A DNA stretch of 64,000 bases from Nitrospirota bacterium. GTDB lineage: Bacteria; Nitrospirota; Thermodesulfovibrionia; Thermodesulfovibrionales; SM23-35. The position numbers were made by a program, and so were the translations under genes. Positions 47,640-56,887 of the stretch are shown piece by piece; position 1 is the stretch's first letter, and each line of letters starts with the position of its first letter. Location of the stretch: NCBI GenBank assembly GCA_013388455.1, contig JACAFF010000003.1:13675-77674 (forward strand), in the 5' to 3' direction. The notes under the pieces were generated by a model. It made no database searches and was not told the origin of the DNA. It was given only the letters and a program-made list of their open reading frames with translations.

Positions 47640-47981
47640 GGGCTATTATAGCATATGCAGTCTTCGTGGTTCTGGTTCCCCGGTTTTCATATTGCAAACA
47701 AGTTTTCTTATGAACGCTCAGAGCCGTTAGGTAAGACATTCGGGATTCCACGGTTTATACAATATGTGGCGGTATATCAAACCTGACAAGCTTCAGAGTT
47801 TCGTAAATCTGCCCTCGCCAAAAACGCTGAATTCTATTGAAGCTCGTGAATTTGGAATAAATTATCAGAGAAGAGGCTATTTCATTGAAGCAGAAATCGT
47901 TTATCGAAAGATACTGGAATCATATGAAGAAATAAAAATTTGAATGCCTTATCAAAAATAGTGGAATAGGAAATCATCTAT

Positions 47982-48626
47982 TTAAAGCAATTTTAAATTT
48001 CCGTCTTTAAGTTCGTAAACTTTTTCTACAGCCTGATTTAAAAAATCATGATTATGTGTAATTATTATATATGTTTCAGCATAAGTTTTTAGGTAATCTA
48101 AAAAACGCCTTGTAGTAGTTTCATCAAGTCCTGTAGTAGGTTCATCAAGTAAGTAACATTCGGGCTGCATTGCTACAATAGTTGCCAATGCTACAAGTCT
48201 TTTCTCACCACCTGAGAGTCTATGAGTTATTTTTTTTTCATATCCATTAAGTCCCATTTTTTCACATGTTTCATGAACAATTCTATGAGCCTCTTCATGT
48301 GTTTTACCAAGGTTCAGTGGACCAAATGCTATATCTTCCTCTACAGTAGGGCAAAAGAGTTGGTCTTCCGAATCCTGAAAAAGTAGTCCTATCCGCTCCC
48401 TCACCTCTCTGAAATCTTTTTCCTCTTTTCTAATTCTTTTAAAGATCTCTATAGTCCCTGACTCAGGTTTCAAAAGACCCATGATTAAATGAAAAAGGGT
48501 TGTCTTTCCAGCACCATTAGGGCCAATCAATCCTATTTTATCGTGTTTCTGAACAGAGAATTCCAAGCCATTAAAAATTTTATTTCCGTTTGAATATCCA
48601 AAATGCAAATCTTTAATATGTAACAT
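47982..48626 (-). CDS. cbiO: ECF-type Ni/Co transporter ATPase (CbiO/NikO)
   Basis: Walker A GPNGAGKTT, signature LSGGEKRLVA, Walker B YLLDEPT. Confidence 0.88.
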   Translation of the reverse strand: MLHIKDLHFGYSNGNKIFNGLEFSVQKHDKIGLIGPNGAGKTTLFHLIMGLLKPESGTIEIFKRIRKEEKDFREVRERIGLLFQDSEDQLFCPTVEEDIAFGPLNLGKTHEEAHRIVHETCEKMGLNGYEKKITHRLSGGEKRLVALATIVAMQPECYLLDEPTTGLDETTTRRFLDYLKTYAETYIIITHNHDFLNQAVEKVYELKDGNLKLL

Positions 48627-48632
48627 TATTTA

Positions 48633-49385
48633 TCAGTTTGATACTGAAATTAATATTATTAAAATTGTAATAATAAACATCAGTAAACCGAAAAACACAT
48701 CCTTATCGCTTAGACTAAAATGACTTACTATTGGGAATTTTCCCTTGAAACCCCTACATAGCATAGCATTGTAAATTCTTTGGGATCTATCAAAACTTTT
48801 AACAATAAGCATTCCGACAAGATATGCATAAGTCTTATATGTATGAATATTAGTTTTAGGTTTAAATGCCCTTACAGCTATTGCCTTTTTCAAACGTGAA
48901 TACTCTTCATGCATAACACTTATGTATCGGTAAAAGAAAAAAAACAGGTATATAAGTTTCAGTGGAACTTTAAGGTGCACAAGGGCATGAGCAAGTGTAA
49001 AAACTTCTGATGTCCCAAGTATCGCAATCGTTGCTAAAACAATCGCATTGGCTTTAAGTGTCATTGAAAGGACAAAAAGCAAACCTTCACGGGTTGCATC
49101 TAATGGCCCTAAACTAAAAATAACTGCTCCGGGATAACTGAATGGAATAAACACCCACAAAAGAACAATGAATATGTTGACTACAAATAACCTTGATATT
49201 ATCTTCTTTAAATCGATACGTGTAATAAAGATCATTATAATGGATATGAACAATGCAACTATCGGGCCATTTAAACCCTTCATTACAGCAATAATGAAAA
49301 TATAAGGCATGAGGGAGATAAACTTAACCCTTGGGTCAAGTTTATGAAAAATAGAATTGCCCTCTGCAAACTCCTCAAGATGCAT
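48633..49385 (-). CDS. cbiQ: ECF transporter transmembrane T component (CbiQ/NikQ)
   Basis: Polytopic membrane protein with the ...AVRAF...R...S CbiQ-like region. Position between the M/N and O genes. Confidence 0.8.
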   Translation of the reverse strand: MHLEEFAEGNSIFHKLDPRVKFISLMPYIFIIAVMKGLNGPIVALFISIIMIFITRIDLKKIISRLFVVNIFIVLLWVFIPFSYPGAVIFSLGPLDATREGLLFVLSMTLKANAIVLATIAILGTSEVFTLAHALVHLKVPLKLIYLFFFFYRYISVMHEEYSRLKKAIAVRAFKPKTNIHTYKTYAYLVGMLIVKSFDRSQRIYNAMLCRGFKGKFPIVSHFSLSDKDVFFGLLMFIITILIILISVSN

Positions 49386-49400
49386 TATTAACGATTTACT

Positions 49401-50192
49401 TTACTTCTCTAATTTATTTTTTGATTGTATACTTCGTATAATATTTTTACTTTTGAAATAGAGAATTACTCCTAAAATACCAAAAATATAACCTATACCC
49501 CCAACTATCTCTGTTATTCCAGGTCTTTCCATCTTTTCAGCAATTGATGTTAGCATTTTTAAAACAGGCTGTAGTTTTTTATCTATAACTCTTTCAATAA
49601 GTGCTTCTAATTCTTCAATATCATATGCATTATACTCTTTTGATGAAGATATTTGCTCCTTTGTCTTAGTTTTTTCTTCCGATTCTTTCTCTTGTACAAT
49701 TTTATCTTTTATGGCTTTTTGTTTTGATGATCTTTCATTTAGATTAGCTTCTGCTTTTCCTTTTTTTAAATCAGTGCCACCCATTGCTTCCTTTATCTCA
49801 TCTTCTGTTACTGTAAATTCACTTTTATGTCCCATGCTGGCATTTAGCACGATTTTGATAGAAGTTATGCTTGGAATTTTAAATGAGAACTGTCCATTTT
49901 CATTAGTATATCCTTCCAGAAGTTTTTTCCCGCTTTTTTCATCAAAAACTTCTATAAGTGAATTCTTGCATTTTGAGCCATCAACAAAATATCCTTCAGC
50001 ATGTATCTTGCCATTTTCAGCATAAGCAAAAATGTTGACTTTATGTGCATAAGCATTACTCACAGAAAAGAATATCAGAGACACGATAACGAATATGATA
50101 ACTGAAGAAAATATTGCCACATACCCCGAAAGCGTTCGGGGTGCTCGCAACGAAATTTTATATAAGATTTCTCTTATCTTAGAGCCATTCAT
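49401..50192 (-). CDS. Auxiliary bitopic component of the Ni/Co transporter (CbiN/NikL-like topology) with a periplasmic transthyretin-like domain and charged linker
   Basis: N-terminal TM (VAIFSSVIIFVIVSLIFF) and C-terminal TM (IVGGIGYIFGILGVILYF). HKVNIFAYAENGKIHAEGYF...NENGQFSFKIP is a beta-sandwich-like domain. ATGA overlap with cbiM. N-terminal codons 13-26 are a repeat-element copy. Confidence 0.6.
   Translation of the reverse strand: MNGSKIREILYKISLRAPRTLSGYVAIFSSVIIFVIVSLIFFSVSNAYAHKVNIFAYAENGKIHAEGYFVDGSKCKNSLIEVFDEKSGKKLLEGYTNENGQFSFKIPSITSIKIVLNASMGHKSEFTVTEDEIKEAMGGTDLKKGKAEANLNERSSKQKAIKDKIVQEKESEEKTKTKEQISSSKEYNAYDIEELEALIERVIDKKLQPVLKMLTSIAEKMERPGITEIVGGIGYIFGILGVILYFKSKNIIRSIQSKNKLEK
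50113..50153 (-). repeat. Copy of the GTCATTGCRAG...GGCAAT repeat family embedded in a coding region
   Basis: Minus strand reads TTCGTTGCGAGCACCCCGAACGCTTTCGGGGTATGTGGCAAT. It is translated in frame as SLRAPRTLSGYVAI. Confidence 0.7.
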
Positions 50193-50794
50193 CTTATAAC
50201 CTCCAGAATTTCAGGTTTCACCTTCTTTAAAAAAATAACACAAAAAGCTGTAATAATTCCCTCTATAAACATTACTGGCAGATGTGTAATGAGAATGAGT
50301 TTGGCAACATTTGTAAAACTTTCTCCAGTTGTAATTAATGCGAATGCAATCAAGATTCCACCAATGGCTATACCTGTCATTCCAGCCAAGAATGCTGCTG
50401 ATGCTGTTAAAAATAAATTCTTTCTTTTCACCAGAGGATAAAAAATAACATATGCAATTAGAGCAGGTAATGCCATATTAAATGTATTTACACCGAGTAC
50501 GGTGAAACCTCCAAATTGAAAAAGCAGTGCTTGCAATGAGAGGGCAACAAAGATAGAAGGAAATGCCATCCACCCAAGAAGAATACCAAGTAATCCATTC
50601 AGCACAAGATGTATACTGGAAGGCCCTACTGGCACATGAATAAGTGATGCAACAAAAAATGCTGATGAGAGCACAGCAACTTCTGGAATCTTATCATATC
50701 GCATTTTTTTGAGTCCAATACCAATTCCAGCTGCAGATAGTATGGCACCTGTAATTAGAACAGGTGCCGATAAAACTCCTTCAGAGATGTGCAT
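50189..50794 (-). CDS. cbiM: Ni/Co ECF substrate-capture component CbiM/NikM
   Basis: N-terminal MHISEGVLS (the conserved Met-His-x-x-Glu-Gly metal-binding N-terminus), polytopic membrane protein. Confidence 0.9.
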   Translation of the reverse strand: MHISEGVLSAPVLITGAILSAAGIGIGLKKMRYDKIPEVAVLSSAFFVASLIHVPVGPSSIHLVLNGLLGILLGWMAFPSIFVALSLQALLFQFGGFTVLGVNTFNMALPALIAYVIFYPLVKRKNLFLTASAAFLAGMTGIAIGGILIAFALITTGESFTNVAKLILITHLPVMFIEGIITAFCVIFLKKVKPEILEVIR

Positions 50795-50796
50795 GT

Positions 50797-51600
50797 TTAC
50801 TTCATCTCCATTGTTTTAATCCATATAACAGCTCCAATCTCAACGGGATATTCTTTCCCGTCATGTTTAATTTTATAATCAGCGGTATTCAATGCTGCAA
50901 AACCCCACCATCCAGCTTTAGGTATTGCATAAGTAAATACACCGTCTCCGTCCGCTTTTATTACTTGAGTTATATAGGGATCTGCCGGAGATTTAATCTT
51001 TCCGTCCTCGTTATAATATTCTACTTCAACCTCTGCATAAGGAACAGGTTTGCCATCAACTTTAACAATTCCTTGAAAAACATTACCTGACCATAGTCCA
51101 TAAGGCCTTGTAAGAGGAACTATCTCTGTCTTAAGCCCTATTTCTGTATCCCAGCCTTCTTCAAGTCCAAGGGCATTAACAACTACTTTGGTATAGTGAA
51201 TAATAAAAGTCTCTTCTGCTGGTTCCCAATAAGGTGATGGTTCAACAAAAAATATGTAATCTCCGGGCTGTCTGATTTTATATGAAGCTTCCCAAGTAGT
51301 ATGTCCTTTTACAGCCTTCTTTTTCAAAGAGTTAAGAAGGTCTTCCTTTCTTTCACCAGATAATACTCCAAACGTCTTCGGCTTCTCCATATCCATATAA
51401 TGTCCTTCAAATGGATGTATAAACTGAACCTTTAACGTTAGTTCTTTTTTATCCTGCTTTGATATTATGTCGTCAGATGGGATGACCATTCCAAAATGCG
51501 CCCATGCAGTTCCAAATGAAAAAGTAAAAAGAACAACAGTTAACAGCATATTAATAAATCTTTTTTTCACAGTTAAAACCTCCTTTATCCATACTTTCAA
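50797..51600 (-). CDS. DUF4198-type periplasmic protein (NikK-like metal-binding component)
   Basis: Signal peptide then [10 protein letters not shown], the DUF4198 N-terminal His motif. Adjacent to cbiM. Confidence 0.7.
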   Translation of the reverse strand: MKVWIKEVLTVKKRFINMLLTVVLFTFSFGTAWAHFGMVIPSDDIISKQDKKELTLKVQFIHPFEGHYMDMEKPKTFGVLSGERKEDLLNSLKKKAVKGHTTWEASYKIRQPGDYIFFVEPSPYWEPAEETFIIHYTKVVVNALGLEEGWDTEIGLKTEIVPLTRPYGLWSGNVFQGIVKVDGKPVPYAEVEVEYYNEDGKIKSPADPYITQVIKADGDGVFTYAIPKAGWWGFAALNTADYKIKHDGKEYPVEIGAVIWIKTMEMK

Positions 51601-51628
51601 TTAATTTCTTTATAGGTTGAATCAACGT

Positions 51629-52738
51629 TTAAAAATAGGCGTTGACTCTCATCCCGTAAATCAATCCATCCTGGTCTCGGCCTTGTTTCATGTTGTCGCT
51701 GATATACTGAAAATCAACTGTTACATCACTGAAATCAGATATTTTAAATTTGGCGTAAGCCTCGAAAGCATCGGTATTGTCTATTTCTCCATCATCCGCA
51801 CCATTCAAGTATGAGTAACCAGCACCGAATACATCATCCTTGCGGCCCCACAGGTCTCCATTTAAATTTACTCCTCCTGAATAAATCTGATCGTGACCAA
51901 TAATAGCACTATCGTCCTGCCAACCCAATCTTGCAAATATACCAATAATTTTACTCAGTTGCTGATCAATTGATATACCTACACCCGTCAAGTTTTCTTC
52001 GTCAGCACCATTCCATGCTGTAAATTTATCGTTAGTTATAAATCCGTATATTCTGTAATTGCCTTCACCAATGCCTGTATTTAATTTGTAAGCAAGTTGT
52101 AATGAATAATAGTTATATTCACTATTTTCCTCATTTTTCGAACTCATAAATAGGGCCTTTAGAGAAAGATTTGATATGTTCAAATCAGCAACACCTCCTA
52201 TATCATATGAAGGCAGATTTGCGAGTGGATTATTAACAAAACTATCATTCATAAATTGTGCTACTTCATCATTTGCAAAATTATTATCATCAATATACGC
52301 TGTTGCATCTATAATCCCTCCTGTTAATCCAAGGGACATATTTTCAGAAAATTTAAATGTATGTTTATACCAGGCTTCAAGGAGATAGTCCCTGTTCCGT
52401 CCGTTAATATCCTTCAGGTCATCCTCAAGGTCATCTGCATAAGGTGCCAGAGAAAATAGCTCCATGTAGTTAAGTCCATTGCCGGCAGCAAAACTTAGTG
52501 TTATCTGAAATTCGTCTTTTTCTGTTGGATGAAAGTTAGTCCCGAGATCAAATACTACCGCTCCTCTGTCAGCTTCATCAACATTATCTATATCCAGATC
52601 ACCATATTGATATACTCCTGTCAATGTTCCTTCAACAGTAAATTTCTCACTTATATCATAGGCAAATGCATTTACGGATAAAAAAAGAAAAATAACGCTA
52701 ATGTCCAGAACAAAATATTTTCGAATTTTCGAAAACAT
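51629..52738 (-). CDS. Outer-membrane porin-like beta-barrel, first gene of the Ni/Co uptake operon
   Basis: Signal peptide ...SVNAFA. Asp/Asn/Gly/Tyr-rich alternating strands. C-terminal LIYGMRVNAYF ends in Phe. Confidence 0.7.
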   Translation of the reverse strand: MFSKIRKYFVLDISVIFLFLSVNAFAYDISEKFTVEGTLTGVYQYGDLDIDNVDEADRGAVVFDLGTNFHPTEKDEFQITLSFAAGNGLNYMELFSLAPYADDLEDDLKDINGRNRDYLLEAWYKHTFKFSENMSLGLTGGIIDATAYIDDNNFANDEVAQFMNDSFVNNPLANLPSYDIGGVADLNISNLSLKALFMSSKNEENSEYNYYSLQLAYKLNTGIGEGNYRIYGFITNDKFTAWNGADEENLTGVGISIDQQLSKIIGIFARLGWQDDSAIIGHDQIYSGGVNLNGDLWGRKDDVFGAGYSYLNGADDGEIDNTDAFEAYAKFKISDFSDVTVDFQYISDNMKQGRDQDGLIYGMRVNAYF

Positions 52739-52896
52739 GTTTAAACCTCCTTATCCAAATATTAAATGAAAAATCTTTCATAAATAAAACAAGTTTTTAT
52801 ATCTCACCCTCCTTCCTCGGGCAATAAAAAAGCCCCGAAAGCTTTTTAACCTGCTGGTTATTATTTAAGCCTTCGTGGCCTATATTCTATTCAAAC

Positions 52897-52924
52897 AGTA
52901 TCACACTGCTAAAAAAGAAGTCAA
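52897..52924 (-). promoter_or_regulatory. Candidate sigma70 promoter of the porin-nik operon
   Basis: Minus strand reads TTGACT-N16-GATACT, with TGT immediately 5' of the -10 hexamer (extended -10). Confidence 0.35.
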
Positions 52925-52956
52925 GCTTTTATTATCGATTACATGATTCTATACAA

Positions 52957-55011
52957 CTATTTTCTCAATTCCCCACCTGTTTTGTTAATAATATATTTTA
53001 TAAGTGCAGTATGGATTTTCTCTACCTCTTCATCTGTCAGGGTTTTTTCCTGAGATCTATATATTATATTGAATGCAAGACTTTTCTTATCCAAGGGGAT
53101 ATTAGCCCCTTTATAATAGTCAAACAGAGAAACTTCTTCAATAAGATCAGAAGGAAAAGACTCTATTATCTCCATAATATTAGAAGAAGGGATGGTATCA
53201 TTAACAACAATTGATATATCACGTTCAACTGGTGGGTATTTGGGTATCGGATTAAATTTTAAACCTTTGGGTATGAAGTGCATAAGATTATCAATGTTAA
53301 TCTCAAAGACCACAATTTCAGGCTTTTGCTTTTTTAAGTCAAGTTCTTCAATGATTTCAGGACGCAGAATCCCAAGATAGCCTATCTGCATATCAGATAT
53401 AAATATATCAGCTGATTTGCCGTGATGTAAAAATGCTTGAGAACAAGAAATAAATTTATATCCGGATATTTTCAATTCTAAAAACAGAGATTCAATCGCA
53501 CCTTTTACAATAAAATAATTGTGTGTATCGTCTTTCCAGAGAATAGGTACTTTTTCTCTATAGAAAATTCCTCCAAGCATTAACTCTTCAGAAGGAAGCA
53601 TATTCCCCTTATTTATAAAAACATTTGCTATCTCAAAAATCTTTAAGTCCTTAATCCCTCTGTCAAGATTAAATTTCAAATTATCAATAAGGGCAGGGAT
53701 AAGGGTAGTCCTTAAAAGACAATCTTCTTGATTTAGAGGATTGCTTAAAGTAATTACCTGTCTACGTATATCTGATTCAGGAATAAATAACATATTAAGT
53801 TTGTTCATATTAGCAAAACTGTAATTAATAACTTCTGTGAAACCTGCTCTTCTTATAGAATCGCGTATTTTATTAATATGTACCCTCTTATTATCTAACT
53901 TGGCAGTGGATAAAGTAGTTTTTGGTAGAGTTGTTGGAATTCTATTATAACCATAAATCCTTGCTATCTCTTCTGATACATCACTTTCTCTCTGAATATC
54001 ACGCCTGTACGAAGCTGGATATACAAGGAACACATCGCCCCTTTCCTCTATTTTCATACCAAGCCTCTTTAAAATCTCAAGCATTTCAGCTTTTTGAATT
54101 TCAGTACCCAGAAGTCTATTTACTTTTTTATAATCCACTAAAACAGGTTCAGATAAATATTTAACAGGATATTCGTCTATAATTCTGTATACTGTTCCTC
54201 CAGCAATTTCTTGAATTAAAAATGCTGCTCTGTTCAGGGCATTTTCAAGGAATAAAATATCAGTGCCTCTTTCAAACCGATAAGATGATTCACTTTTCAA
54301 ATTTAGAAGCCTTGAAGTCTTCCTGATTGACAATGGTTCAAAATAAGCACTTTCAAGAAAAATATTTTTCGTCTTTTCCGTAACCTCTGTATCACGACCA
54401 CCCATTACTCCAGCTATAGCTATGGGTTTTACATTATCAAATATTAGCAGTACGCCTTCAGGTAAAATTCTTTCAATGCCATCAAGTGTTACAATCTTAT
54501 CACCAACTTTAGCTGTACCAATGATTATCTTCTTATCAATTATCTTATCAGCATCAAAGGCATGTAAAGGATGTCCAAACTCCAGAAGAACATAGTTTGT
54601 AATATCAACAATATTATTAATTGTTCTTATACCACCTTTTTCAAGCCTTTTCTTTATCCAATCAGGTGACTCAGAAATGGTAATATTTTTAATAAGTCTT
54701 CCTGTATAACGATTGCAAAGCTCTGGATTTAGAATCTCAATAGAATAATCGGAAATGGCCTGATGTCTTGCAATTTCATGTTTTGGAATTTTTATGGGGA
54801 TATTGAATGCAGCAGAAAGCTCTCTTGAAATACCCAGTATACTTAGACAGTCTGGCCTGTTTGGTGTAATGTTTATTTCAAAGACTGTATCTCCGTGAAC
54901 ATATTCGGTACCTTCAACCTCAAGTCCTATCATTGTCAATGTATCAGCTACTTCTTCAGTTGTTGCTGATATATCTATAAAATCTTTTATCCATTCAAAT
55001 GAAACACGCAT
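52957..55011 (-). CDS. pheT: Phenylalanyl-tRNA synthetase beta subunit (short form, no OB-fold tRNA-binding domain)
   Basis: MRVSFEWIKDFIDI...MIGLEVEG then directly FEINITPNRPDCLSILGISRE. B3/4, B5 and FDX-ACB regions are recognisable. 684 aa. Confidence 0.92.
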   Translation of the reverse strand: MRVSFEWIKDFIDISATTEEVADTLTMIGLEVEGTEYVHGDTVFEINITPNRPDCLSILGISRELSAAFNIPIKIPKHEIARHQAISDYSIEILNPELCNRYTGRLIKNITISESPDWIKKRLEKGGIRTINNIVDITNYVLLEFGHPLHAFDADKIIDKKIIIGTAKVGDKIVTLDGIERILPEGVLLIFDNVKPIAIAGVMGGRDTEVTEKTKNIFLESAYFEPLSIRKTSRLLNLKSESSYRFERGTDILFLENALNRAAFLIQEIAGGTVYRIIDEYPVKYLSEPVLVDYKKVNRLLGTEIQKAEMLEILKRLGMKIEERGDVFLVYPASYRRDIQRESDVSEEIARIYGYNRIPTTLPKTTLSTAKLDNKRVHINKIRDSIRRAGFTEVINYSFANMNKLNMLFIPESDIRRQVITLSNPLNQEDCLLRTTLIPALIDNLKFNLDRGIKDLKIFEIANVFINKGNMLPSEELMLGGIFYREKVPILWKDDTHNYFIVKGAIESLFLELKISGYKFISCSQAFLHHGKSADIFISDMQIGYLGILRPEIIEELDLKKQKPEIVVFEINIDNLMHFIPKGLKFNPIPKYPPVERDISIVVNDTIPSSNIMEIIESFPSDLIEEVSLFDYYKGANIPLDKKSLAFNIIYRSQEKTLTDEEVEKIHTALIKYIINKTGGELRK

Positions 55012-55061
55012 GGTGATTACTATATTTTTGCTTTATCAGTAATGACAATTAAACAGTTCAC

Positions 55062-56075
55062 TCAAAACTGCCTTAGAAAGCGCAGATCGTTTTCAAAGAA
55101 AATCCTTATATCATCGATTGAATATTTGAGCATAGCTATTCGTTCAACACCCATTCCGAAAGCAAACCCGGAGTACTTATCAATATCATAACCAACCATC
55201 TCAAAAACTCTTGGATTAATCATTCCTGCACCAAGTATCTCAAGCCATCCTGTATTTTTACATATTCTACAACCATCTCCAGAACAGAATATACATTCCA
55301 TATCAACCTCTGCGCTTGGCTCTGTAAAAGGGAAAAAACTCGGCCTGAATCTCAAAGAAATTTCTGCACCAAACATTGTGTTGATAAATTCCTTAAGCAC
55401 GCCTTTGAGATCGCTAAAAGCGATTTCTTTATCAACCATAAATCCTTCAACCTGATGAAACATAGGTGTATGACTTATATCAGCATCACAACGATATACT
55501 TTTCCAAAAGCGATGATTTTCAAAGGGGGTTTTCTTTTCTCCATAACGCGGATCTGTACGGGTGAAGTATGAGTTCTGAGCACAACTTCATCAGAAATAT
55601 AAAAAGTATCCTGCATATCGCGTGCAGGATGATTTTTGGGTATATTTAATGCTTCAAAATTATAATAGTCAAGCTCGACTTCAGGTCCTTCCTCAATCTC
55701 AAAACCCATTGATATGAAAATTTGAGATATCTCAGCGAGTATTTTGTTGATAGGATGCTCTCTTCCAAATTGACTAAATCTTCCAGGAAGAGTTATATCA
55801 ATAGTTTCAGAAAGAATCCTTTTTTTATGATCTTCATCTTTGAGGGTAGATTCGATATTCTTTATTTCACGCTCTATATAGGTTTTAACCTCATTGACTG
55901 CTCTGCCGTAAGCTGGTTTCAGTTCAGGAGAAATTGTAGGAAGAGCCTTAAGTCTTTCAGTAATAAGACCTCTCTTCCCAAGATATTTCACCCTTAGCTG
56001 TTGAAGTTCCGAGAGAGTTTTAACAGCCTTTGATTCACTAAGGAATGAATTTTTGAGCGACAGGATTTCTTCCAC
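55062..56075 (-). CDS. pheS: Phenylalanyl-tRNA synthetase alpha subunit
   Basis: HPARDMQDTFY, FRPSFFPFTEPSAEVD, GFAFGMGVERIAML. Confidence 0.95.
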   Translation of the reverse strand: MEEILSLKNSFLSESKAVKTLSELQQLRVKYLGKRGLITERLKALPTISPELKPAYGRAVNEVKTYIEREIKNIESTLKDEDHKKRILSETIDITLPGRFSQFGREHPINKILAEISQIFISMGFEIEEGPEVELDYYNFEALNIPKNHPARDMQDTFYISDEVVLRTHTSPVQIRVMEKRKPPLKIIAFGKVYRCDADISHTPMFHQVEGFMVDKEIAFSDLKGVLKEFINTMFGAEISLRFRPSFFPFTEPSAEVDMECIFCSGDGCRICKNTGWLEILGAGMINPRVFEMVGYDIDKYSGFAFGMGVERIAMLKYSIDDIRIFFENDLRFLRQF

Positions 56076-56082
56076 GACTTGA

Positions 56083-56430
56083 TTAGCTTTTTACTTTTTC
56101 AACAAGTTCTGAAAATGCAGCAGGATCATTATATGCCATGTCAGCAAGTAGCTTTCTGTTTAAAGATATATTAGCTTTTTTAAGTCGTGCCATGAATTGA
56201 CTGTATGTCAATCCGAAGGTCTTCACTGCTGCATTAATACGTATAATCCATAGAGCCCGAAAATCACGTTTTTTCGCTTTACGGTCTCTATAAGCATATT
56301 GCAGTGCTTTATCTACAGCTTCTGTAGCTATTCTGTAAAGATGGCTTTTTGATCCGTAATAACCTTTCGCTCTTTCTAAAATCACCTTTCTTCTTCTACG
56401 TGTCTTGAATCCGCCTTTTGCCCTTGGCAT
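56083..56430 (-). CDS. rplT: 50S ribosomal protein L20
   Basis: [26 protein letters not shown]...[21 protein letters not shown]. Confidence 0.95.
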   Translation of the reverse strand: MPRAKGGFKTRRRRKVILERAKGYYGSKSHLYRIATEAVDKALQYAYRDRKAKKRDFRALWIIRINAAVKTFGLTYSQFMARLKKANISLNRKLLADMAYNDPAAFSELVEKVKS

Positions 56431-56464
56431 CTATACCTCCTTTGCTTGGATTACATATTATAAA

Positions 56465-56662
56465 TTATAAATATGGAATAAGTTTCTTAATTTTATTCTT
56501 TTCTCTTTCGGAAACCAAACTGCCTGTTCTGAGCCTTCTTGTTCTCTTTGCTGACTTTCCTGTAAGAAGATGACTCTTATATCCGCTCCTTTTTTTTATC
56601 TTTCCTTTGCCGGTTACTTTAAATCTTTTCGCAGCTCCTCTATGTGTTCTAAGTTTTGGCAT
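56465..56662 (-). CDS. rpmI: 50S ribosomal protein L35
   Basis: [33 protein letters not shown]. Confidence 0.95.
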   Translation of the reverse strand: MPKLRTHRGAAKRFKVTGKGKIKKRSGYKSHLLTGKSAKRTRRLRTGSLVSEREKNKIKKLIPYL

Positions 56663-56887
56663 CTTTTCCTCCTGTAATTATCTCTCTCATGTTGTATCAG
56701 CAATTTCAATACTCAGATTTATTCATCATTTACTTAAAAATAGAATAGTTATTATAACAAATTATAAAAAATAATTTTATTTTTAATTTCTTTTCACCGA
56801 TTAAATCGGATGATAAAAAATGGTCAAGGAATGACATACAACTTTAATCTAATTTATGGACATATACTATTTAATAAGGTTATGCAT

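Noticed and set aside
52739-52956. A possible cobalamin or NiCo riboswitch in the leader of the porin-nik operon.
   Set aside because: The leader is only about 150 nt. I could not find a B12-box (GCCACTG-like core in proper context) or the conserved NiCo four-way junction by eye. The hairpin at 52827-52847 has only 2 G-C pairs. An Rfam/Infernal scan is needed, so this is reported only as a question within the nik finding.
56663-56887. An L20-binding operator or leader in the 225-nt AT-rich spacer between infC and rpmI.
   Set aside because: I found only a short imperfect hairpin (CATCCGAT/ATCGGTG around 56800-56820, minus strand) and TATAAT-like strings. I could not identify the pseudoknot or 23S-mimic structure by eye. 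A covariance-model scan (L20_leader) would be needed.
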